Sequence record: OP172790
Source: Escherichia phage ECO319P1
Reading direction: 5' to 3' (one strand)
DNA: 64,000 nt
The position numbers and the translations under genes were made by a program. Positions 45,954 through 55,621 of this stretch are shown here, one piece after another (the first letter of the stretch is position 1; every line of letters begins with the position of its first letter). The notes below the pieces were generated by a model. It did no database searches, was not told where the DNA came from, and was given only the letters and a program-made list of their open reading frames with translations.

Positions 45954-46347
45954 TATCTACCGCAAGAGAGAGGGGGAAAACGTCGTAGGCTTTCCTATGG
46001 CGTTTGCCAGAAAGGTTTATGAGGGTTGCCCCATTTTCCAACACCGGGATTTCTCCGAGTTTTTCTTTTCAACATCAATGACAATTCGTAATACCCTTCG
46101 TTGGGAGTACGTTGTTACAGATGATGATGGCAATGTGACGGCCTCTATGGCTGTCTACAAAGACTTTGATATGCATGTAGGCGAATGCCTTAGTGTATTG
46201 GTAGCGTTCAGCACAGACGACCACAGCTTGTTTAAAGCGTACCGTTGGTTGATGAAGCTGGCAAAAGAAGAGATGTGCCCTTTCGTAGCTTATACACGGA
46301 AGACTGGTGATTTTACAATGGATTTAGTTTACAGGAAGGTTTCATGA
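45943..46347 (+). CDS. hypothetical protein
   Basis: 134 aa ORF. Confidence 0.4.
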   Translation: MKIDIYRKREGENVVGFPMAFARKVYEGCPIFQHRDFSEFFFSTSMTIRNTLRWEYVVTDDDGNVTASMAVYKDFDMHVGECLSVLVAFSTDDHSLFKAYRWLMKLAKEEMCPFVAYTRKTGDFTMDLVYRKVS

Positions 46348-46613
46348 GCGCATTAGATACTATGGTAGGTGGTTCACATTATCAAGCTGAAGGTGGTATT
46401 CAGCCAATTCAGTTCTATCATGCAAATCCACAGCTTGACTTTCAACAGTGTAATATGATTAAATACGCATATCGACACAAAGATAAGAACGGTTTGCAGG
46501 ACTTACTGAAGGTTATTCACTATGCGCTGCTCGAAGCTGAGTTTGACTACGGTGACGACAAAGATAAGTTCGAAGCGTTTAAGGAGCAAGTACGTGGCCT
46601 CGTCAAAATCTAA
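46344..46613 (+). CDS. hypothetical phage protein
   Basis: 89 aa ORF; contains 12-mer copy 7. Confidence 0.4.
   Translation: MSALDTMVGGSHYQAEGGIQPIQFYHANPQLDFQQCNMIKYAYRHKDKNGLQDLLKVIHYALLEAEFDYGDDKDKFEAFKEQVRGLVKI
46546..46557 (+). repeat. copy 7 of 12-mer ACTACGGTGACG
   Basis: exact match, read as D-Y-G-D. Confidence 0.9.
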
Positions 46614-46706
46614 AAAGAAAGAAAAGAAAGAGGAGGCTCCGAAGGAGTTCTCCCCTGAAGTGATAGAAGCTGTACGAAAAGAACTCGAATCGCTTCCATT
46701 TTAATC

Positions 46707-46732
46707 AAATAATTATTGCACATTATAATAGA
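46707..46732 (+). promoter_or_regulatory. phage promoter element (AATAATTATTGCACATTATAATAGAG)
   Basis: conserved element copy. Confidence 0.55.
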
Positions 46733-46772
46733 GTTCTTTCTTAACACAATTCAAAAGGATTTGTCAATACTT

Positions 46773-47393
46773 ATGTTAAAATTTATTTGGTCTATTATAG
46801 CCACTGTAGGTGTACTTGCTTCCTGTTACATATCTGATGCTTCTCCTATCATCACAACAGCTTCTGTCATTGGTGTCTTATTTGTTCTTGGTGTAGCTTT
46901 CAAGAATGCTTGGACAAACCTGTTAGGTGCTGCATTAACGCTGATATATGGATACCTTTCTTACAGTGCAGGTTATTATGCTAACGCACTGATAAATGTG
47001 ACAGTGCTATTCCCACTACAGTTAATAGCTTTCTGGTTCTGGAAGAAGACAGAAGGTAAGACGTTTACATTAACTGAAGATTGGAAGAAAGCAATCATAG
47101 TGTTATCTGGTATAGGTATCCTCATTTCCTGCACACTGACTAAATCCTATGGTTCACATCTTTGGCTTCATGATGGAATCTCAGCGGTATTAGTTATTGT
47201 TGCTACTTTCCTCCTGATGTTAAAAGTGAAAGAACAGTGGTATGCTTGGATTCCTTATAATGCACTTGAAGTGTTTATGTGGTTCATGGCTGCTTCTTTA
47301 AATCCTGATATGTTGGCTATCTTTGTGATGCGTAGCATCTTCTTTGCTAACTCTCTGATTGGTGCTTACGAGTGGTTCGGTAAGAAATCTTAA
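46773..47393 (+). CDS. pnuC: PnuC-like nicotinamide riboside transporter candidate
   Basis: multi-TM protein of about 206 aa with W...N..G and LINVT segments; start at ATG 46773, not the TTG inside the promoter element. Confidence 0.5.
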   Translation: MLKFIWSIIATVGVLASCYISDASPIITTASVIGVLFVLGVAFKNAWTNLLGAALTLIYGYLSYSAGYYANALINVTVLFPLQLIAFWFWKKTEGKTFTLTEDWKKAIIVLSGIGILISCTLTKSYGSHLWLHDGISAVLVIVATFLLMLKVKEQWYAWIPYNALEVFMWFMAASLNPDMLAIFVMRSIFFANSLIGAYEWFGKKS

Positions 47394-47450
47394 TAACATT
47401 CACTATTATATAATGTCATGGTTTTAATCCTCATATGTAATGGTGAATTT

Positions 47451-47579
47451 ATGAAAGTCAAAGATTATAATGAAGAACGTTGGGAACGCAACTCTGAATC
47501 AAACAAAGAGCGTAAGATTGCTAAGAAACGTTTTAAAGAGAAACATAATCCTTGGGCTAGTTTGAGTAATAAAAAATAA
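47451..47579 (+). CDS. small basic protein (42 aa)
   Basis: ORF followed directly by a terminator. Confidence 0.3.
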   Translation: MKVKDYNEERWERNSESNKERKIAKKRFKEKHNPWASLSNKK

Positions 47580-47583
47580 GTTA

Positions 47584-47609
47584 GGGCTGCCTTCGGGCGG
47601 CCTTTTTTC
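47584..47609 (+). terminator. intrinsic terminator (UUCG tetraloop)
   Basis: GGCTGCC-TTCG-GGCGGCC then TTTTTT. Confidence 0.75.
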
Positions 47610-47626
47610 GTTTATGGAGGCCAAGG

Positions 47627-48064
47627 ATGGCAAGAAAGTTTAAGAAGCGCTATGCACCAAAGAAGCAGAATCTAATCAAGGGAACACCTTATGATTCACT
47701 GTTCGAGAAGGAAATTCACGAGAGGCTCCTTCAAGACGCACGTTTTCACGATAAATCGGATAGAGTTGACTATAAAGTTCCCCATTATTACGAACCCGAC
47801 TTCGTGCTTGAAAAGGACGGTAAGACCTTTTATATTGAGACGAAAGGGAGATTTCGTGATTCGAGCGAGGCTAGGAAATATCTATTTGTTCGGGAGAATT
47901 TGCCGGAAGATGCAGAGCTAGTCTTCATTTGGGAGAAAGCCAACACTGTATTCCCGTTCGCTAAGAAGCGCAAAGACGGAACTAAGGCGACTCACGGAGA
48001 GTGGGCAGACAAGAATGGTTTTCGTAATTGGGTACAGACGGAGTTTACAGTGGAGAAATTATGA
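47627..48064 (+). CDS. endonuclease I-like Holliday junction resolvase (T7 gp3-like)
   Basis: YYEPDFVLEKDGKTFYIETKG PD-(D/E)xK core. Confidence 0.65.
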   Translation: MARKFKKRYAPKKQNLIKGTPYDSLFEKEIHERLLQDARFHDKSDRVDYKVPHYYEPDFVLEKDGKTFYIETKGRFRDSSEARKYLFVRENLPEDAELVFIWEKANTVFPFAKKRKDGTKATHGEWADKNGFRNWVQTEFTVEKL

Positions 48065-48504
48065 TTAAATATATTGTCGCTGTTCTTGCAATAGTGGCAT
48101 CATACACAGGGACATTCTATCTGGGAGTAAGTCACGGTGTGATTGAAACTCAGAATGGGATGTTAAAGAAGAATACTGAACAGTTAGAAGATTTGATTTC
48201 TAATGTTCAAACAGTTGACACGAAACTGAATAACAATGCTATGGTTCAAGAAGAAATCAAAGCGAAGCTCAGTTTGAGACAGAATGAAGTAACGAAGGAG
48301 GTTATTAAATATGCTCAAAGGCCTGATGCTAACGATGTTGTGCTTGATGATGATTGGGTGCGGGTCTACAACGATTCCAACGCCTCAGCAGGAACCGGAG
48401 ATACCAGTTCCAGCCAAGTACAAGGTCAAACCGGAAGAGCCAGTAGCGATGCCTCTAAGCCCCTCAAAATTGAAGTCTCTGGAAGTAGTAAAGGACAACA
48501 ATGA
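48061..48504 (+). CDS. i-spanin (Rz-like)
   Basis: N-terminal TM anchor, coiled-coil periplasmic region; embedded o-spanin ORF. Confidence 0.55.
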   Translation: MIKYIVAVLAIVASYTGTFYLGVSHGVIETQNGMLKKNTEQLEDLISNVQTVDTKLNNNAMVQEEIKAKLSLRQNEVTKEVIKYAQRPDANDVVLDDDWVRVYNDSNASAGTGDTSSSQVQGQTGRASSDASKPLKIEVSGSSKGQQ

Positions 48505-48580
48505 TGCTTGGGCACGGCTGAGACAGCGATATCTTGATTTGCTCGAATGGACTGAATCTGTTAAGCATACCAGAAAATAA
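48311..48580 (+). CDS. o-spanin (Rz1-like lipoprotein), overlapping the i-spanin
   Basis: signal with MMIGC lipobox-like site, Pro-rich mature region. Confidence 0.5.
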   Translation: MLKGLMLTMLCLMMIGCGSTTIPTPQQEPEIPVPAKYKVKPEEPVAMPLSPSKLKSLEVVKDNNDAWARLRQRYLDLLEWTESVKHTRK

Positions 48581-48583
48581 GAA

Positions 48584-48608
48584 AGGGGCGCAATGCCCCT
48601 ATTCTTTT
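48584..48608. terminator. bidirectional intrinsic terminator between convergent gene blocks
   Basis: AGGGGC-GCAAT-GCCCCT hairpin with U-rich tract on both strands. Confidence 0.7.
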
Positions 48609-51600
48609 ATTTAATGTCTGGTGCATCAATACCAAACTCACCAATTGCCCCTTCCCCAATCGTAGCGGCTTTCTGACGTTTACGCTCCTCAGCCATCAAT
48701 TCTTTCAACTTCTTAGTTGTGTGAACAACCATATCAGAAGTATTACTCGAACCAAACACTGCAAGACGAGCACGAACACCCAAATCACCCATATACGTTG
48801 AAGTCTGGTCAGGACGACGTTTCAATGCATCATTAACTGCTCGCATATCAGACTGAGACAACCACAGGTCTGGATTGTTAGGGAACTCTTCTTTACGTTT
48901 TAGTGCATCACGAATCGCATCACGGGTCAGGCGAATTGCTTTCGCATCATCACGAAGACCTACACGGTTCAGACTACCTGCCAACGTATTAACAGAGGTA
49001 TCAAACATCTGATAACCAATGTCAGAAGTAGAACTCAGGTTTTCAGGAATATTGTTAACCAGAGCCTCAGAGATAGCACCCACTTCATCTGGATTCTTAC
49101 CCTTCATCTCAGCTTCAATAGCTTTCTTCATACTCTCTTCCACATTCCCACCTTTCACCTCAGCCTTGTCGATAGCTTCATTGAGTTTAGCTTCATCAGC
49201 TTTCTTCTTCGCAGCTTCCATACGTTCAGCTTTGGCTTTAGCTTTTTCCTGAGCAAGTTCAACACGACGAGTCTGAGCATCATTTGCTTTCTTAACATTA
49301 TCACGGAACAACTCAAGGTTATTCACCTGACGACGCCAGTTAGCAACTTCAGTAGGCTGTGCCGTATTTGGCTTAGCAAGAGCAGCTTGTAAGGCTTCCA
49401 GTTCATTATCAATGTAGCTGTGCATTTTATTCATGACACTCTTCATGCCAGAATCACTCAGGCCTACACCTTTGTTACCACGATTACGAGTACGTGTAGC
49501 TTTCTCGATTTCCTGACGGATTTCACGAGGAATTGAAACATTACCTTCACCATCTACAAACAGGTCACGAGCATATTCATTCAACTCATTGTAACTGTCT
49601 TGAGCAGTTGGTTTTGGTTTAGCCTCTGGCTTAGCAGCTTTTGACTTAGTTTCAGTCTTAGCTGGAGCTTCCTCAGCGAGCAAACGCTTAACAAAGTTAC
49701 CAACCTGACGAGCAGTATACATCTGACCTTCTGGTGCATTATCCTCAGCCATACGTACAGCACGGGAGAACAATTCATCAGTAACCATGTCAGAAGCAGA
49801 ACGCATATCAGTTTTAAGCTGTGCTACAGCCTCATCACGCTGTTTAATTGTCTTGGCCTGAGTAGACTCTTCAACATTATCAACAACACGTTGAGCGGCT
49901 GCTTTCGCATCTTCTGCCAGCTTAACCTTATACTCAGCAACAACAGAAGGCAGAGCCTCTTTAACACTGGAGTAACCACGCTCTTCCATTGTACGAGTCA
50001 GAGCATCCATACCACCGTGATAGTCGATAGCAGCATAAATACCTTGTTCAGAGATACCTGAGTTTGGCTGTGCAGCATAACGTTTGATGTTCTGCTCAGT
50101 GCTTTCACGGAACTCTTTAGCTTTACGCCATTCTGGAGTACGTGGCATTGCAGAAGAAACATCTTTGTTACGAACTTTTGAGAACTCAGCTTCACGTTGT
50201 TTCAGTGGTAGCATTACCTTCTCTTTATAGTCCACAGGTTCGCTAGGAGCCTCTGTACGGGCTTCTGGAGCTTCGGTAGTAGAAGTGCCTTCTGTAGCGG
50301 CTGGAGCTTCTTGTGGAGCCTCTGGTGCAGTCTCAACAGGTTCTTCTGCTGGAGCACGACGCTGAGAATCAACACGAGCATCCTGAGCCATCTGTTCTTG
50401 ACGAGCAGCACGTTCAGCAGCTACCACTTCTGGGTCAACTACAGGCTCATTCACAGGCGCTTCACGGCTTGGAGTACGTGCCATAGTATCATCCATAGGT
50501 GCACGAGGTGTTGGCTCTACAGGAGCTTCTACAGGCGTTTCTACAGGTGCTACAGGTTCTACTGGAGCAGTTTCCATTGGAGCAGTCGTATCTGCTGGGT
50601 TGATACCCATATCACGCAGGTTATTAGCTGCTTCATCAGCGGCTGCTGCTGTGTTACCTTGTTCCAAATGTTCCTGCATACGTGCTTGAGAAGTATTCTG
50701 TGCATTTTCGATGAATTCATCAGCCTCAGAACGTGCTTGGTCAAACGCCTTACGATTACGCATAGGGCGGAGTGCACCACGAGCCAGACGGGTTACTGTA
50801 CGTACTGGAGGAAGGCCAAACTTCATCAGGAGAGCATCAGAAGCTAAATCACCAGCAACAGCACCTTTACTATTCTCTTTACCTTCCTGTTTCAGAGTAT
50901 TTGGATTATACTCATGAATACTTGGATTCTGCGCATGGAATACATCAGAGTAAGTATAAGCTGCTTTTGCAGTCTTAACAGGGTTGAATGCAGTACCATC
51001 AAAGTTTTTCAGGTCTTTCAGCATACCAACTTCATTCAAAGCTCGCATTAGGGTGATAGAGTTGTTACGAAGTGAACCATCATCTAGTTTATGCAAAGAT
51101 TTACCAGAAGAGTATTTACTAATACCATCATCCAAGGCTTTAGCAGCATTCAGTGCAACGTTATAGTTAGGGTCAATACGACCATCAGAATATAGAGAAC
51201 TGTTTTTATCCTGAATTAAGTTAGTCAGGTTGTTACGAAGAGAACGAATAGGAGACAGAATCTCAGCATAACCTTCATCGAAAGAGTTACGGAGGTTTTT
51301 CATCTGAATTTCAGAGTTATAACCTTGTTCTTTAGCTTTCTCTTTACCGAACATCAATGGAGACATATCAGCGTACAGAGTACCACCTGCCTGTTCCAAT
51401 TCACGCTCTGATTTACCCATAATATCACGGGCTAAGTTACGACCACCAACTTCCACATCCATTGCTTTAGCAGTTAATGGAGCACCTTTACGCTGAGCAA
51501 GAGCCAAAGCTGAGAGGGCTGCATCATCTGCACCTGCCGCACTCATAGACACATCAACCATATCATTGATTTTTGCACTAGAGTCTGCTGTGATTGGCAT

Positions 51601-52521
51601 ATCCATCAATTCATTGAACTGGTTACCATATTCGTTAGCATGCTCTGCTGCGTTGTTACCAAAGTCTGAATGAACACCACCAGTTTCCTGATTGATTACA
51701 TTCACATCACTCTGAACACGACGACCATCATCATTGATTGGTCGCTGGAAACGCTGAGCAAAACCACCCATATTACGGGCTGCCATATTAGCACCATGTA
51801 AACCAGCACCTGCAACAGCACCAATACCAAATGCTTCACCTACGTTTTCGTCCCAAGGACGACCCATAGCGATGTTCTGATAAGCTGTCATAGCTGCGTT
51901 ACTTGAACCAGCCTGTGCTGCCTGAGCACCTAATTCACCTGCCACACGAGCAGTAGGACGGGTCAGACCACGAGCAATATTAACACCTTTACTTGCCAGA
52001 CCTGCTGTAGCATAGTCTGTAACACCAGATGCAATACCAGTCGTTAATGCGTTACCCATGTCGTAATTCTGACCAGCTTCCTGCTGTTGAGCAAGAGTAT
52101 CTGCTGTTGCCAGACCACCAAGAGCCACAGCACCTGCTTCTGGAGCCGCAATACCCGCTGCAACTACTGGAGCATAAGTACCAACATCAGCCGCAAAACC
52201 TGAAATAGTACCTAATTTACTACGCTCTTGCTGGTACTCTTTACTTGCAATTTTAGCTTTAGCCAGTTCATAGTCAGACGCATCTTGGTCTGTTACAGTG
52301 GCTGCTAGTACGTTACGACCCATACGTGACCAACCAGACGTCATAGTGTCCCAGATGGAACCATCATCTGCTGGCTGTGCTTGAGGAGCTTCTTGAGGGG
52401 CTTGCTGAGGGGCTGGAGTATCACTATAACCGTTTTGGTTGTTAATGTACTCAATCATCTGGTCTTGAGACGTTCCTTCCGGGAAGTTGTAAGTCTGACC
52501 ATTAAAAGTAGCACTAGGCAT
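48607..52521 (-). CDS. large virion protein (1304 aa), internal/ejection-protein-like
   Basis: GGAG RBS; long Gly/Ala-rich and coiled-coil regions; last gene of minus-strand block. Confidence 0.55.
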   Translation of the reverse strand: MPSATFNGQTYNFPEGTSQDQMIEYINNQNGYSDTPAPQQAPQEAPQAQPADDGSIWDTMTSGWSRMGRNVLAATVTDQDASDYELAKAKIASKEYQQERSKLGTISGFAADVGTYAPVVAAGIAAPEAGAVALGGLATADTLAQQQEAGQNYDMGNALTTGIASGVTDYATAGLASKGVNIARGLTRPTARVAGELGAQAAQAGSSNAAMTAYQNIAMGRPWDENVGEAFGIGAVAGAGLHGANMAARNMGGFAQRFQRPINDDGRRVQSDVNVINQETGGVHSDFGNNAAEHANEYGNQFNELMDMPITADSSAKINDMVDVSMSAAGADDAALSALALAQRKGAPLTAKAMDVEVGGRNLARDIMGKSERELEQAGGTLYADMSPLMFGKEKAKEQGYNSEIQMKNLRNSFDEGYAEILSPIRSLRNNLTNLIQDKNSSLYSDGRIDPNYNVALNAAKALDDGISKYSSGKSLHKLDDGSLRNNSITLMRALNEVGMLKDLKNFDGTAFNPVKTAKAAYTYSDVFHAQNPSIHEYNPNTLKQEGKENSKGAVAGDLASDALLMKFGLPPVRTVTRLARGALRPMRNRKAFDQARSEADEFIENAQNTSQARMQEHLEQGNTAAAADEAANNLRDMGINPADTTAPMETAPVEPVAPVETPVEAPVEPTPRAPMDDTMARTPSREAPVNEPVVDPEVVAAERAARQEQMAQDARVDSQRRAPAEEPVETAPEAPQEAPAATEGTSTTEAPEARTEAPSEPVDYKEKVMLPLKQREAEFSKVRNKDVSSAMPRTPEWRKAKEFRESTEQNIKRYAAQPNSGISEQGIYAAIDYHGGMDALTRTMEERGYSSVKEALPSVVAEYKVKLAEDAKAAAQRVVDNVEESTQAKTIKQRDEAVAQLKTDMRSASDMVTDELFSRAVRMAEDNAPEGQMYTARQVGNFVKRLLAEEAPAKTETKSKAAKPEAKPKPTAQDSYNELNEYARDLFVDGEGNVSIPREIRQEIEKATRTRNRGNKGVGLSDSGMKSVMNKMHSYIDNELEALQAALAKPNTAQPTEVANWRRQVNNLELFRDNVKKANDAQTRRVELAQEKAKAKAERMEAAKKKADEAKLNEAIDKAEVKGGNVEESMKKAIEAEMKGKNPDEVGAISEALVNNIPENLSSTSDIGYQMFDTSVNTLAGSLNRVGLRDDAKAIRLTRDAIRDALKRKEEFPNNPDLWLSQSDMRAVNDALKRRPDQTSTYMGDLGVRARLAVFGSSNTSDMVVHTTKKLKELMAEERKRQKAATIGEGAIGEFGIDAPDIK

Positions 52522-52567
52522 GTTAATCTCCTTTGGAAGGGGCTGTTACACCCCTTTAGATTTTAGA

Positions 52568-54217
52568 TTAATGAAACGTCACGTTGTTACGAGACGCTTT
52601 TGGTTCCCAATTCCCGATACCAGAGCCATTAGCTTGGAACTTAACTGCTGCACGAGCACGGTCGGCACCAATCTTAGGAATAAGGTTTTCGTACATTGAC
52701 TGAAGGTTGTCAACAACAACTTGGTGTTCAGTGTTGATACCACGGTTAGAAGATGCAATAGCACGTTCAATCTCACCAGAGGTAGGAGCACCACGTACAC
52801 CACGAACAACTGCGTTAGAAGCCTGACCCCACCAAGTACGTGGGCCTGCAATATCAGACGCATCATGACGGTCGATTTTACCCAAACCACCCTGCATTGC
52901 TTTACCATATGATTCCTCATACTGGTCATAAGCTGCTGCTGCACCTGCGGTATCACCTGCTTCAAGTAACTGTTTCGCTTTCTGGGCTGCTTCTTGAGCA
53001 ACTGCCATACGAGAACGTTTAAGGTTACTATCATCGGTAAATTTCTTACCTTGCTGGAGAACCATACGTGCTTCTGGGTTTGTAATACCCCACTCTGGGT
53101 CTTCACCTGCTGCTGCCTGTTTAGCTGCATACTTCGATTTCTCAAAGTTGAGACGCTCACGAGACAGACCAAGCTGAGCATTAGAGTTCGCAATTGAGTT
53201 ACGAATCTGCGCTTCAGTGAGAGCATCTTTACGCTGTTCACGACCAAGCTGATACTGACGCATTTCAGGAGAACCTTCGTACAGTGCATTATCAAGCTGC
53301 TGCATCTGGAGTCTCTGCTGAATCATCTTCATCTGTTTCTCTTGTGGAGAAGTCAGAACTTTAGAATCACCAGTACGTTTCCACTCTTCGATTTCAACAG
53401 GGTCATAGCCTTGCTTAGCCAAATCTTCAGCCCAATAGCTTCGACGTTCTTCACCATACATCTGGTTGAACGCTTCACCTGCTGCACCAAAAGATGTTGC
53501 CAAATCATTACCGCTTAACAGGTTCAGACCAAAAGAGATAAGACCCATGTTAAAAGAGTTAGATTTGTACCAAGCAGGAATCTTGTTCTGGTCAAAAGCA
53601 GCCTGTTTACCTTGAGCATTCAAATTCATATCCTGAACTTGAGTCTGAGTAGGAGGAGTTGGTAATGGTGTATTTACATTACCTGAGAAGCCACCAACAC
53701 CTTTTGATTTATTTTCATTCAGTGCTGAGATGTGACCAACGGGGTCTTGACCTGCATCTGGGACTTGTTTATATCCCTGAGCCTGTAAATCAGCCTGTTT
53801 CTGCTGACTCTCTTGGATACCCGCTTGAATCTCATTCTGCTTATCCTGTGCCTGAGTTGCTGGAGTACTTAAAGCACCTTGCATATCCTTTGCTTTATAG
53901 CTTTTATAAGCTGCAAGCTCCTCTGGAGAGGCTGGATACTGACCACCATGTTCTGCTGCATAATCACGTTCAGCCATAGAATCTGATACATAGTTTGCTG
54001 TTGGGCCGACTACATAATCAGACAATGGTTGAGCAACATACCTGTTTGTCAAATCATTTGCATATAAATACGCATCTTTAGGTACATTAAGAACAGCCTT
54101 ACCAGCATCAATCAAGCTGTTAAGTGTAGACTTACTATTAGAAGTCTGAGGGTTATAGTTACCAGAAATGGTATCAATCATACCACTTGCGGAAACACCA
54201 TCATACATGCCAGCCAT
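52568..54217 (-). CDS. virion protein (549 aa)
   Basis: AAGGAGG RBS; Gln-rich coiled-coil. Confidence 0.5.
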   Translation of the reverse strand: MAGMYDGVSASGMIDTISGNYNPQTSNSKSTLNSLIDAGKAVLNVPKDAYLYANDLTNRYVAQPLSDYVVGPTANYVSDSMAERDYAAEHGGQYPASPEELAAYKSYKAKDMQGALSTPATQAQDKQNEIQAGIQESQQKQADLQAQGYKQVPDAGQDPVGHISALNENKSKGVGGFSGNVNTPLPTPPTQTQVQDMNLNAQGKQAAFDQNKIPAWYKSNSFNMGLISFGLNLLSGNDLATSFGAAGEAFNQMYGEERRSYWAEDLAKQGYDPVEIEEWKRTGDSKVLTSPQEKQMKMIQQRLQMQQLDNALYEGSPEMRQYQLGREQRKDALTEAQIRNSIANSNAQLGLSRERLNFEKSKYAAKQAAAGEDPEWGITNPEARMVLQQGKKFTDDSNLKRSRMAVAQEAAQKAKQLLEAGDTAGAAAAYDQYEESYGKAMQGGLGKIDRHDASDIAGPRTWWGQASNAVVRGVRGAPTSGEIERAIASSNRGINTEHQVVVDNLQSMYENLIPKIGADRARAAVKFQANGSGIGNWEPKASRNNVTFH

Positions 54218-54750
54218 TACTGACCTCCTTGCATCTGAGCAGCCTGTTCAGGGGTAACACCCTCTGGAGGAACACCTTGAGGCTCCTGCTGCTGAGGTTG
54301 CTGACCTGAGAATTGGTTGATAATACCCATAATCTGCTGCTGTTCTTGTTCTGCTTTTGCTTTTTCCATGAGAGGTTTCTCATTACGCTGGAAATGGGCA
54401 GCAGAGTCTTGTACAAACTGACGAAGACGTTGTTCAGCGATTGGCTGTGGCATATAACCCTGTTTAACCTGTTCACGAAGACCAGTGGCAAGCTGTGTTA
54501 ATTCATCCATGACACCACCAAAATACGGGTCATTCTGTTTGAAGTGGTCAAAGTTTTGATAGAAAGTAGATTCTTTATAGGAATTATCTTCTTCTGGCTT
54601 TGGTGACTGTCCCGTAGGAACACCACTTGGGGGTTGATTGGTTTGGGGACGATTGATAGGAAGGCCAGAAGCCTGAGCAATTTCGTCAGCACGTTGACGA
54701 CGCTGAGCCTCTAGTTCTCCCATTCGTTCCAAATAAGCATTAGTGGCCAT
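54217..54750 (-). CDS. Gln-rich structural or assembly protein
   Basis: 177 aa ORF. Confidence 0.45.
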   Translation of the reverse strand: MATNAYLERMGELEAQRRQRADEIAQASGLPINRPQTNQPPSGVPTGQSPKPEEDNSYKESTFYQNFDHFKQNDPYFGGVMDELTQLATGLREQVKQGYMPQPIAEQRLRQFVQDSAAHFQRNEKPLMEKAKAEQEQQQIMGIINQFSGQQPQQQEPQGVPPEGVTPEQAAQMQGGQ

Positions 54751-54760
54751 CTAATTCTCC

Positions 54761-55609
54761 TTATTTGATTCTTAACGGGGAATACATTGGTTGACTATAA
54801 ATATCATTCATAGTTCTAGTTAGTAGCTGATTTTCCATTTTATTACCACGGAAGTTGGCCCTGTACGCTGGAGCAAGTTGTGGGGCACTAACACGCTGCT
54901 GTTCTTGCTCATTTGGTTTCACACTATTAATAACACGAGAAACCTGACTCCAAGTATTTGGGTCACTTAGTGCAGAACCACTAGAAGCACCAGTTGATGT
55001 AGGAACAGTGCCAAGAGCGCTTGCGGATGCTGGAGCACTTGCTGCACCATAAGTACCACCTGATGCTGCTGCACCTTGAGTTGTTAACATAGCAGGCGTG
55101 AAAGAAGATGCACCAGCAGTAGAACCAGCAGCACCGACACCAGCATGACCCATGCTAAGCAAAGACGAGGTTGCTGGCGCTGAGCTTGCCAATGCACCAC
55201 CTGTGGTAGAAACACCACCGGCTGCTGTAGGAGCCATATAAGCACCTGCACCCACACCGCCAACTGCACTAGCACCTGTACCTGCTGCTCCAGCACCACC
55301 CGCCCCTGCTGCACCTGCCGTACCAGCAGCACCCGCACCATAAGCACCAGCCGCAGCCCAACCACCAAAGATTGTACCAACAACTGCTGCTGCTGTTTCT
55401 TGTGGGTGTTTACCTACCCAACCACCAATCCCACCCTTACCAAGCATCTGACTATCATTTCGCTCGTTCTGACCCGGAATCTTCTTCAGCGTATCAAAAC
55501 CATGCTTTGGGTCTTTGATAATATCACGAGTTACTTGAAAAGGTTGTTCAATAAGTTCACCTGCACGATGAATACCACCTTTAAACAGACCACCTAAATC
55601 GAATCCCAT
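54761..55609 (-). CDS. Gly/Ala-rich virion protein
   Basis: start at ATG 55609 after GGAGG; track start was a TTG inside the RBS. Confidence 0.5.
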   Translation of the reverse strand: MGFDLGGLFKGGIHRAGELIEQPFQVTRDIIKDPKHGFDTLKKIPGQNERNDSQMLGKGGIGGWVGKHPQETAAAVVGTIFGGWAAAGAYGAGAAGTAGAAGAGGAGAAGTGASAVGGVGAGAYMAPTAAGGVSTTGGALASSAPATSSLLSMGHAGVGAAGSTAGASSFTPAMLTTQGAAASGGTYGAASAPASASALGTVPTSTGASSGSALSDPNTWSQVSRVINSVKPNEQEQQRVSAPQLAPAYRANFRGNKMENQLLTRTMNDIYSQPMYSPLRIK

Positions 55610-55621
55610 TATAACCTCCAA

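Noticed and set aside
48607-52521. N4-type giant virion RNA polymerase or T7-type RNAP
   Set aside because: The largest ORF (1304 aa) is Gly/Ala-rich and coiled-coil with no polymerase motifs recognisable by eye; no ORF approaches N4 vRNAP size.
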